A stretch of 64,000 nucleotides of DNA from Bdellovibrionales bacterium (lineage in GTDB: Bacteria > Bdellovibrionota > Bdellovibrionia > Bdellovibrionales > JAGQZY01). The DNA lies in the NCBI GenBank assembly GCA_964230645.1, contig CAXRHT010000003.1, forward strand, positions 640,001-704,000, given 5' to 3'. The notes under the pieces are model-generated. The model did not search any database and had not been told where the DNA came from. It worked only from the letters and a program-made list of their open reading frames with translations. Position numbers and translations under genes: made by a program. The number at the start of each line of letters is the position of its first letter. The stretch's first letter is position 1. Shown in pieces: positions 56,935 to 64,000 of this stretch.

Positions 56935-57723
56935 GTGTTAAAATTTTGTTCCATGCGCACCATTTTTATCCCTCTTTTTTTAAATCTTAAGAATCCCTCA
57001 GATCACTTGAGAAGCCTTTTAAAATTGGTTCTGTTGTTAATTAGCCTGATGGGCTGCCAGAGTAAGGATTCAGGTCGTGTTGATCGAGATGATGTCTTCG
57101 ATGAAAAGTTTATTTGTCTCGGAGAAGTCGGCGCTAAAAACTCAATCGTCTATCTGCATGGATTCACGGGGCGTAATTGGAACGGGCGCGAGCAAAGTAA
57201 TTTAAAAAATTTGCGGAAAATTGCTGCGAGAATGGATGTAAGAATTGCTGTCCCGATGTCGAAAAAATCTTGCGAAATTCGTGGTGGCGAACAACGTTGC
57301 TGGGGGGTCAATATGACCCGAACTCAGGCTCTTGAAACCTTGAAAGTCACAAAGCGAGCGGCCGCAAAGTGTTTCGAGCCCGATTCTAATTATGGTGTCG
57401 TCGGTTTTTCAAACGGTGGGTACATGGCCACAAAAATTTTTGGATACTGTTTAGCGCCTCGTCATGCCCCAAACCTTGATTGGATAGTCACGGTGGGTGC
57501 GGCTAAGCTTTGGGGCTCAGGAAGTCGTCGGTCCGATCTACGTGCCTGCCGACCGATCACGCTGGTGGCAGGGAAAAAAGACAAATACAATTACGAGAGA
57601 CGCCAAAATAGGTTTCGACAACTTAGGCGCAAAGGGGCCAAGGTTTCCGTTCTTCTTTTCGACGGTGGACATGAGCTTCCCTATGGACCACTTATCACGG
57701 CTCTTAGAAAGTACCTAAGGTAG
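56935..57723 (+). CDS. Alpha/beta hydrolase (esterase/phospholipase-like) lipoprotein
   Basis: LMGC lipobox; VYLHG; GFSNGG; AGKKD; FDGGH. True start is probably later than 56935. Confidence 0.8.
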   Translation: MLKFCSMRTIFIPLFLNLKNPSDHLRSLLKLVLLLISLMGCQSKDSGRVDRDDVFDEKFICLGEVGAKNSIVYLHGFTGRNWNGREQSNLKNLRKIAARMDVRIAVPMSKKSCEIRGGEQRCWGVNMTRTQALETLKVTKRAAAKCFEPDSNYGVVGFSNGGYMATKIFGYCLAPRHAPNLDWIVTVGAAKLWGSGSRRSDLRACRPITLVAGKKDKYNYERRQNRFRQLRRKGAKVSVLLFDGGHELPYGPLITALRKYLR

Positions 57724-58037
57724 TTAACTGTCACGAGTTTGTGGTTAGAAACCTTCGGTTTTCATCGAGTTTAAGCTGTATATAAATTACAATAAGTTTA
57801 AATAATAATAACAGATAATTTAATTTAATGACTTCAAGTATCTGGAAATGCTAAAGAAAATTAAATTTCGGCTTCCTTTCTTATATAGACCATTAAAAAA
57901 TCTTAGTCGACTTTAGTGATTGTAAGCCCTACAACTACTTCAGCAGTCTGGGAGAGACTGGTGGGTAAGCAGCTGAGAATCTCCACATCGAAACATTTTA
58001 ATTACGGCAGCCAACTTCATTTATATAGGGGGGAGAG

Positions 58038-58571
58038 TTGGAAGCACTTTCGGATTTCGAATTGGTAAGGCGAACAAATAAGGGGCAGGCCGAGGCCTTT
58101 GCCATATTGGTCTCTAGATACCAAAAACCACTACACAGTTTAAGTATGCGATACGTCCATGATTTTTACATAGCCGAAGACGTGGTGCAGGAAAGCTTTA
58201 TGAAAGCTTTCGAAAAACTTTCGACATTTCAATTCCGTTCGGCGTTCAAAAGTTGGATTTACCGAATTGTGATTAATACTTCAAAAAATATTCTTAGGTC
58301 AAAAAAGCCAATCGTGGATATTGAGAAGGTGCCGCTTAAGGAGGATAGTGAATGCGAGGACACCTTAATTGATAAACAATTGTTATTGCAGGCTAAAAGG
58401 ATTATTAAATCTCTTCCAGACAAGCAAAAGGACGCGGTTAGTAAGAGAGTGTTCGAAGATAAAAGCTTTAAGGAAGTGGCTAAGGACATGGACTGTCCTT
58501 ATGACACGGCGAAAGCCAACTATCGCCATGGCCTCTTGAAATTGCAAGAGCGCATGGTGATTACCTGGTAA
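58038..58571 (+). CDS. ECF-family RNA polymerase sigma factor
   Basis: AEDVVQESFMKAF, FKSWIYRIVIN, LPDKQK...SFKEVA...TAKANY; RBS GGGGGAG before TTG. Confidence 0.93.
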   Translation: MEALSDFELVRRTNKGQAEAFAILVSRYQKPLHSLSMRYVHDFYIAEDVVQESFMKAFEKLSTFQFRSAFKSWIYRIVINTSKNILRSKKPIVDIEKVPLKEDSECEDTLIDKQLLLQAKRIIKSLPDKQKDAVSKRVFEDKSFKEVAKDMDCPYDTAKANYRHGLLKLQERMVITW

Positions 58572-58572
58572 G

Positions 58573-58647
58573 AAAAGGAGCTTCTCAAGGATGAGATCCT
58601 CCTTTTTTCAATAGATTTTATTAAGAGGCTAAAAAGCCTCTCTTTTT
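58573..58647 (+). terminator. Two terminator-like hairpins after the ECF sigma gene
   Basis: AAAAGGAG...CTCCTTTTTT (58573-58608) and AGAGGCT-aaaa-AGCCTCT followed by a T-run (58624-58647). Confidence 0.6.
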
Positions 58648-58747
58648 GTTTGAAGGCCCATTTAGAGGCATTTTAAGACTTTTCTGTTGCATCCCTTTAG
58701 AAATTGTTAGAAATTGTAGGGATAGTTCAAGCGGAGAGTTGGTATTT

Positions 58748-59032
58748 ATGAACAAGTACGAGAAGAAACATTGTGAAGCCTTTGGTCAGTATCTAAAAGA
58801 AAATCGTAAGAAAGCAGGTCTCACCCAAAATGATGTATCTGAAGCTTGTGGTTTTTCGAATGCCCAATTTATTTCCAACATTGAAAGAGGCACCTGTTGG
58901 CCGCCAATGAATGTTCTATCCGTAATGGCCAGACTCTATAAAGTTTCCCACCATGATTTTCTTGATAGATTTGCTGATGCAAGAAAAGAGATTTGGGCCA
59001 CCGAGATGGGCCTGCGTAAATCCATTTCCTGA
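58748..59032 (+). CDS. XRE-family HTH transcriptional regulator
   Basis: FGQYLKENRKKAGLTQNDVSEACGFSNAQFISNIERG; RBS GGAG. Confidence 0.9.
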   Translation: MNKYEKKHCEAFGQYLKENRKKAGLTQNDVSEACGFSNAQFISNIERGTCWPPMNVLSVMARLYKVSHHDFLDRFADARKEIWATEMGLRKSIS

Positions 59033-59149
59033 TTTCACAAACTATCGTTATTTTCCTCCCTAAATGATGTTGAACTTTTTGCACTCTTGATGCCTCTCAG
59101 CGGGAGTGCTAAACAATATCACTAAATTTTCAATAAAAAGAGGTTTGCC

Positions 59150-59926
59150 TTGGAAAGTTGTTATCAGCCAAATTCCCGTGACTCTGTTGATAGATTTCGT
59201 ACACTTTTAGAAAGTTTAGCGAATTTGACTAACAAATACTTTCCCGCTGCCCAAGCGATTCCCTACGTTGATGAAAGCCTACTAATATTTTCAAGTTTGC
59301 CTGATTCACAACGAGTTAAAATTTTAAAAGATACGAAGGATTATTTACAAACTTTTCTGACACTTGAAATTGAATCCTACGACCTCATTGATGATCGCCA
59401 ATACCTGTGGCGAGTTTTAAAAGATCGTGGGATGAGGTTAGGCTCCGATGTTATGGATATAGTTTCTGAGGGAGACGTCATTGAAGTCTACGGAGCGGAT
59501 GGTATTCACTTATGGTTTAACCTTCGCCTCATGGAAATATGCTCACACAGTATCGAGACAGTGCTATGCCAGCCTTGGCATCAAAGATATCGGCGTAGTG
59601 AATTTATTCAAGAATGCTGTTTTAAGGAGGCTCAACGTGTTCTCTCTTCTGAAGAGTCTGCTGTTCTTGATCCACAAGTGCCAGCTCATATAGTAGAGGA
59701 AATCGATTCCACTCTTGGGCTCAGGGTGCTACTCGAACATAAAAAACTAGCTCCGATTTTTGACCGTAAGAGGAAGGAAAAGGTAGGGTTTATAGTAACT
59801 TCAAAGGCTCAAATTATTGGAGCCAAAGGAAATAGATCTTTTGAAGATCTTGATTCTTCCTACGTTGGCATTAGTGATGAAATTGTTGAGGATATCCGTA
59901 TCATAGCGAAGAGAAAAGATTCTTAA
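59150..59926 (+). CDS. Cytoplasmic hypothetical protein (C-terminal half possibly PAS-like)
   Basis: 258-aa ORF with RBS GAGG; DVIEVY...WFNLRLMEICSHS. Confidence 0.7.
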   Translation: MESCYQPNSRDSVDRFRTLLESLANLTNKYFPAAQAIPYVDESLLIFSSLPDSQRVKILKDTKDYLQTFLTLEIESYDLIDDRQYLWRVLKDRGMRLGSDVMDIVSEGDVIEVYGADGIHLWFNLRLMEICSHSIETVLCQPWHQRYRRSEFIQECCFKEAQRVLSSEESAVLDPQVPAHIVEEIDSTLGLRVLLEHKKLAPIFDRKRKEKVGFIVTSKAQIIGAKGNRSFEDLDSSYVGISDEIVEDIRIIAKRKDS

Positions 59927-59943
59927 TGCTAGAGAGAGTCGCC

Positions 59944-59970
59944 AAAAAGGTCTTATCGAAAGATAAGACC
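59944..59970 (-). terminator. Rho-independent terminator between convergent genes
   Basis: GGTCTTATC-gaaa-GATAAGACC perfect stem, with AAAAA on the left side (U-tract on the minus strand). Confidence 0.75.
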
Positions 59971-59988
59971 ACGGGACGAACGATTGCT

Positions 59989-60399
59989 TTAGGCCACTTT
60001 TTTAAGTGGATAGGTCTCTGATTTCTTTAGTTTTTTAGTTTTAAGAATTCTTGAATACTCTTTCTTGCCACTATTGACAGCGCGAAGGTAATTTTTCTCG
60101 TAACGATTGAACTCTTTGTCTAACCAGGCGTAGTAGTTATTGTAGAGGTGGTTTGAAAAAAACTTTCTGTAAAAGGTGATAGGAGCTTTGGCGTGAAGTC
60201 CAAATCTTTTTGAAAACGTACGAACTTCTTTGTTCATAAGGGTCCACCATTTATTGGCTTCGGCTTTGTGAATAAAGTTACCAACAAAAATCGGTTTATT
60301 TCCAAAATGAAAACCAACTTCCCAGCCTTTTCCTGCTGATTTAAAATAAGCTTTGCATTTGTGAGGACCATACTCATAAACTTTTTTCTTCATTTTCAT
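59989..60399 (-). CDS. Basic, aromatic-rich hypothetical protein
   Basis: 136-aa ORF with RBS AAAGGA and its own terminator. Confidence 0.75.
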   Translation of the reverse strand: MKMKKKVYEYGPHKCKAYFKSAGKGWEVGFHFGNKPIFVGNFIHKAEANKWWTLMNKEVRTFSKRFGLHAKAPITFYRKFFSNHLYNNYYAWLDKEFNRYEKNYLRAVNSGKKEYSRILKTKKLKKSETYPLKKVA

Positions 60400-60581
60400 C
60401 CAATATCCTTTCGTTTGTTATTTGTATTGGTACACTTCTTTCGGATCCCTGGAAAAAAATATGAACCACATTTAGAAAGAGATTGGCGCTGCAAGAAAAT
60501 CTATTTCAAGGTCGGTGGAAACTTGGAAATGTGTTAGGACCAATTGAGAGAAAGCAAATGTTCTTTTTTATGAGGTGTTGT

Positions 60582-61634
60582 TTATTGAGGCAATTTATTT
60601 TTTAAAGCCTTCTCCGGATTTTCAATATCTTCTAACTTTTTTAGCTCGTTAAAAACCTTTTTAAACTCTCTTCCATACTGATTGGCAAGAGTCTCTAGGT
60701 CGGAAAAGTCGCTATTGTAGAGTTCTAGGAGGAGGAGAAAGGCATTGTTGAGTTCTCGATCAGGAAACCATTTGTAGTTGTCAGTTTTTAAATTTGGTAA
60801 GACTTCTTTTTTGAAGGCTGCTTGCATTTCTTTGAATTTCTTTTCGCGTAGTTCAATAAGCTTTTTATTTGTTTTGTTATCTTTGTACCATTCTCGAAGG
60901 TCTTTTAGTTGTTTAGAGATAAAGTCAGAAAAAAGGAGTTCGTCGTGAGCCTCGTTTTTTAGAATTTCACGGATTTCGTCACCTCGATTGAGCTTTTCGT
61001 AGTAAGCCTCAGCTCCCAGTTGTCCAAGAAAAGTAGCTACCCGCTCGTTAAACTTTGATTCTCCTTCAATGTATAGATTGGCGTGTACGGTTTCATGTAT
61101 AAGTGTGCTGACAAAGTGATGCTCATCCATACGGAGCATAGAAGAGAGCAAAGGGTCTTCAAACCAACCGAGAGTGCTGTAAGCTGAAACCCCTCTAACA
61201 TAGGTATCGAGATTCTTTTCTTTCAACTCATTGGCCTCCTCAATGGCCCATTCTTTCTTAAAATAACCTTTATAGGGGACTGAGCCAATAATAGGAAAAT
61301 GCCACTTGTAGGTTTTGAGTTGATCTTTGGGTGAGGCATTCACGGCATAGGTGACATAGTCGCGGTCTAGATGAACGTAGCGCGAGTAGTTCGAGCCGGT
61401 GTCGAGTCCAAGTTCTTCCTTCATAAAATTTCGGATGTCGATAGCAAGTTTGAGCTTTTCTCTTTGCTCAGGAGAGAGGTCATAGTTTTCCAAAGCGTAC
61501 TTCAGGGGAACTCGCTTTCTCATCATTTTGGCTTGGTAAAACGCGCTTTGAGCGATGTAGCCTAATTGGCAACCCGTCAAAATTATAAATAACAAAGGAA
61601 AAAAGAGGGGTTTTATTTTTCTTATAGAAACCAT
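60582..61634 (-). CDS. Putative zinc aminopeptidase lipoprotein (DUF2265-like)
   Basis: LTGC lipobox; WHFPIIGSVPYKGYF, AYSTLGWFEDP, IHETVH, FNERVA. Confidence 0.88.
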   Translation of the reverse strand: MVSIRKIKPLFFPLLFIILTGCQLGYIAQSAFYQAKMMRKRVPLKYALENYDLSPEQREKLKLAIDIRNFMKEELGLDTGSNYSRYVHLDRDYVTYAVNASPKDQLKTYKWHFPIIGSVPYKGYFKKEWAIEEANELKEKNLDTYVRGVSAYSTLGWFEDPLLSSMLRMDEHHFVSTLIHETVHANLYIEGESKFNERVATFLGQLGAEAYYEKLNRGDEIREILKNEAHDELLFSDFISKQLKDLREWYKDNKTNKKLIELREKKFKEMQAAFKKEVLPNLKTDNYKWFPDRELNNAFLLLLELYNSDFSDLETLANQYGREFKKVFNELKKLEDIENPEKALKNKLPQ

Positions 61635-62203
61635 GAGATTCCCGCACGAGCGGCCACATCCCAGCGAGGGTCTTTATCTAAGGAATCACTAGTCCATGCT
61701 TCTAGCCCAAACTTGAGGGCCATGGTGCGGGTGAGTCGTATTTTCAAACCAAAGCCTGCACTTGGAACAAAAGTTGGATCAAGTTCCACTCTTTCTGATC
61801 TGGTGCTTCCGTCAGAGTGAATGGTGTACTCGTAAGTCACATCTTTTTCAGCAAAATAGGCGGCGCCAAGTTTTACGTAGGGAATAAAGGGCTCTTTCCT
61901 TTTAGCAAAAGTGAAAATCAAATCCAGTCCCACCAAGCTAAAATCATAAGTCGTTCGAGAGTCAGCAGTAATCCCCGGCACGAAACGCTCGGATTGTCCT
62001 TTTGTGTAGTTGAGCTCCATAGCCGCCATTTCGGCAAAATAGTAGGCAAAAGATCCAGTAAAGGAAGTGGTTGTGTCGTAGGAGGGCTCTTGCGATTGGG
62101 TTGGTAAATTCAGTTTGCGATAGTTCCCCGAAACACCCAATTCAAAATACCCAGCTTGCGCCCCAAAGGAAAAGAACATCAGTAATACGGCCCAATATTT
62201 CAT
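61622..62203 (-). CDS. Outer membrane beta-barrel protein (8-stranded, OmpW/OmpA-like)
   Basis: Signal peptide; FIPYVKLGAAY; C-terminal AGISWFL. Confidence 0.85.
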   Translation of the reverse strand: MKYWAVLLMFFSFGAQAGYFELGVSGNYRKLNLPTQSQEPSYDTTTSFTGSFAYYFAEMAAMELNYTKGQSERFVPGITADSRTTYDFSLVGLDLIFTFAKRKEPFIPYVKLGAAYFAEKDVTYEYTIHSDGSTRSERVELDPTFVPSAGFGLKIRLTRTMALKFGLEAWTSDSLDKDPRWDVAARAGISWFL

Positions 62204-62273
62204 CTCTTTATTTTAGCAAAACTCAGATGGGAAGCATAGAGAACCAAAAGTCTAGGAGAACCTTTAGACGGGG

Positions 62274-62377
62274 CCCTGCGGAAGTCTTGAGGAATGCCCT
62301 CCCAAAACCTTCAGACAGGTCCTCGCTTCGCTGCAGAACTCGTTTTTGGGAGGGCATTCCCCAAAACTTCCGCAGGG
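62274..62377. repeat. 34-bp near-perfect inverted repeat with 36-bp loop (REP/MITE-like)
   Basis: CCCTGCGGAAGTCTTGAGGAATGCCCTCCCAAAA (62274-62307) versus the reverse complement of 62344-62377, 2 mismatches. Confidence 0.9.
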
Positions 62378-62409
62378 GTTAAAGAACCTCTTTTTAGAAA
62401 GGGTAAAAT

Positions 62410-63366
62410 TTAGTTGTCGGGGCCGCCGCCGTGGAAGCGGACGCCGGGTTGGGGGACCCAGAGGACTTCGGTTTGGAATTGTAGGTGGATGTAGCCGTTT
62501 TCGTCGATCATTTCTTTCGGAGGATTGGGAACGTTTTTGACCTGTTTGAAAGAATCGATCGCGGCGTTATCAATCGACCACAAACCCGAAAGTCTAAAAG
62601 GTTGGACGTCTAGGATCTCTCCTTTTTCATTCATAATAATCTCGACATTGGTGACCCAAGTCTTGCTAATGGGAGGAGCGTTGTTGGCTTCAAGCCACTG
62701 ATAAAGGGCTCTTCTTACCTTATCGCCCCAGAGGGGTATAAAGCGGGTCAGAAGTCTTTGGTTAAAACTGTAGAAGCGATGTTGATCTGTATTTAACGAA
62801 GTCACGTTTCCAAGGCGTACTCCTGGAGGGAGGCGCTGTTGGACGTAGGCGGGAATCGTGGGTCTAGAGCTCGTGCTGGCGTATCCAGGTAGAGGAAGAG
62901 GTTTTCTGCCGTCATCACTTTCTTCAAACTTCTTCCAGCCATCCTCACTTTTTGAAACTTTTGTTTTCTCTTGCTGGCTACTTTGCTTTTCCTTGGCTTT
63001 CTTTTGCTCGCTCTTTTGTCCCTTCTGTCCACCAGAAGAAATGGCGGCTTGCATTTTTGGCATCAAATCAGGCTTTTTAAAGGTTTCCATGTCCGTGCGA
63101 TGAGTTTTGTCGGATTTAAAGCGGGCTTCGTCTTTGGGTTTGGTTTTTGTTTCTGGTTGATCGGGAGTTTGAACTAAAACCGGCTGACTTCTTTGCTTTT
63201 TATCAAGCAAGACAATTTCCATGGGGGTGTCTTGTTTTGAAACGTCTTTATGTTGCTCGACATAATAAAATAGGAGGAATAAAACCAGGTGAAAACCCAA
63301 GCTTGCGATGAAAGCAAAAAGAGTTCGATCTGAACTATAATCCTGGATATTTCCTCCTTTTGACAC
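62410..63366 (-). CDS. TonB/TolA-like energy transducer (TonB C-terminal domain)
   Basis: TM helix with SxxxH (ASLGFHL), Lys/Gln/Pro-rich linker, C-terminal GEIL...SGLWSIDNAAIDSF...PNPP. Confidence 0.8.
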   Translation of the reverse strand: MSKGGNIQDYSSDRTLFAFIASLGFHLVLFLLFYYVEQHKDVSKQDTPMEIVLLDKKQRSQPVLVQTPDQPETKTKPKDEARFKSDKTHRTDMETFKKPDLMPKMQAAISSGGQKGQKSEQKKAKEKQSSQQEKTKVSKSEDGWKKFEESDDGRKPLPLPGYASTSSRPTIPAYVQQRLPPGVRLGNVTSLNTDQHRFYSFNQRLLTRFIPLWGDKVRRALYQWLEANNAPPISKTWVTNVEIIMNEKGEILDVQPFRLSGLWSIDNAAIDSFKQVKNVPNPPKEMIDENGYIHLQFQTEVLWVPQPGVRFHGGGPDN

Positions 63367-63376
63367 AAAAAATGTC

Positions 63377-63404
63377 TAAAGCTGAGACCTCAATCCGCCG
63401 AACT
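63377..63404 (+). promoter_or_regulatory. Candidate sigma28 (FliA)-type promoter for the PilZ gene
   Basis: TAAA-N16-GCCGAACT, compared with the canonical TAAA-N15-GCCGATAA. Confidence 0.45.
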
Positions 63405-63427
63405 AGTATATAGCACAGGGAGGGGGA

Positions 63428-63943
63428 ATGAGTACAGAAGGTAAGGTATTAACATTTCCTAAGGTAAAAAAAGAGAAGAACGACCAACAAACTGCCGAAA
63501 AGGCCAGTGTGGTCGATATTGGCTTGAAAAGGCAGGAAATCATCCAAGATGAGAGACGTTCTGTACGCAGAACGATTCTGACCGAGTTTATCGGTGTTCA
63601 CACCATTGTTCCTGGCGCTGGGCTGCAGAAATGCGCTCTTCACGATATATCGGTTAACGGGATTGCCTTTGATTTGGCAGAGAAACAAGGCCATTTTAAG
63701 GGCGGTGAAGAAGTGGTGATGCGCGTTTATATGAATCACAAAACCTACTTCAGTTTTGTGGTCAATGTTCGCTCCAGTCGTTTTGTGAAAGAAGAGGGTG
63801 TTTATAGGCATGGAGCTTCTGTCGTGAAAGGCTCAGTCAACCAAGAGGCCCTCAACCACTTTATTAAGTTCATCGAATCGGTCAGTGCCAGTCTGAAAAC
63901 GGACCACGGTGATGTCATTGTTTCGGGCTTAGACCAAAATTAA
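63428..63943 (+). CDS. PilZ domain-containing protein
   Basis: RRSVRR (RxxxR) and DISVNG (DxSxxG); RBS GGGAGGGG. Confidence 0.85.
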   Translation: MSTEGKVLTFPKVKKEKNDQQTAEKASVVDIGLKRQEIIQDERRSVRRTILTEFIGVHTIVPGAGLQKCALHDISVNGIAFDLAEKQGHFKGGEEVVMRVYMNHKTYFSFVVNVRSSRFVKEEGVYRHGASVVKGSVNQEALNHFIKFIESVSASLKTDHGDVIVSGLDQN

Positions 63944-63967
63944 ACAGATCTTAAAAGCAGAGACTCC

Positions 63968-63997
63968 AAAAAGCCCTCAGAGAGAAGGGCTTTTTTT
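63968..63997 (+). terminator. Rho-independent terminator
   Basis: AAAAAGCCCT...AGGGCTTTTTTT. Confidence 0.8.
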
Positions 63998-64000
63998 ATT

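Noticed and set aside
57938..57982. Riboswitch-like hairpin (CAGTCT-gggag-AGACTG) upstream of the ECF sigma gene
   Set aside because: Short stem with no match to an aptamer consensus I can recognise
1..64000. tRNA, rRNA, IS transposase or integrase genes
   Set aside because: None recognised by eye; a tRNAscan/Infernal/ISEScan run would be needed to exclude them formally

Overview
Chromosomal segment of about 55 genes. It most likely comes from a Bdellovibrionota (Bdellovibrio-like predator) genome. The evidence is a pgi gene directly upstream of an FHA-GGDEF DgcB-like gene, an FQNC-type lipoprotein signal, an HTH/TIGR02147-like protein and many small secreted orphan proteins. Housekeeping genes include skp, purT, mtnA, gcvP, epmA, rlmN, rfaE1, gdhA, pyrD, an IHF/HU gene, pgi and pfkA. 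Accessory modules: (1) a stressosome-type rsbS-T-X operon ending in a hybrid kinase; (2) two secreted proteins sharing a Cys-rich domain and flanking a His/Cys peptidase-like gene; (3) a two-CxxCH cytochrome fused to an outer-membrane barrel; (4) a TIGR01212 radical SAM gene coupled to an aldolase and mtnA, divergent from an MnmD-like methylase; (5) an operon of three GT2-type glycosyltransferases and two twitch-domain radical SAM enzymes, the best candidate for an undescribed system; (6) a Tat-exported RCC1 propeller with two glycosyltransferases, sharing an IPF[SG]F N-terminal motif with a nearby DUF1566 protein. There are three long intergenic inverted-repeat elements. No rRNA, tRNA, CRISPR array, transposase or phage structural gene was recognised. 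All family calls come from motif recognition by eye; no database searches were run.
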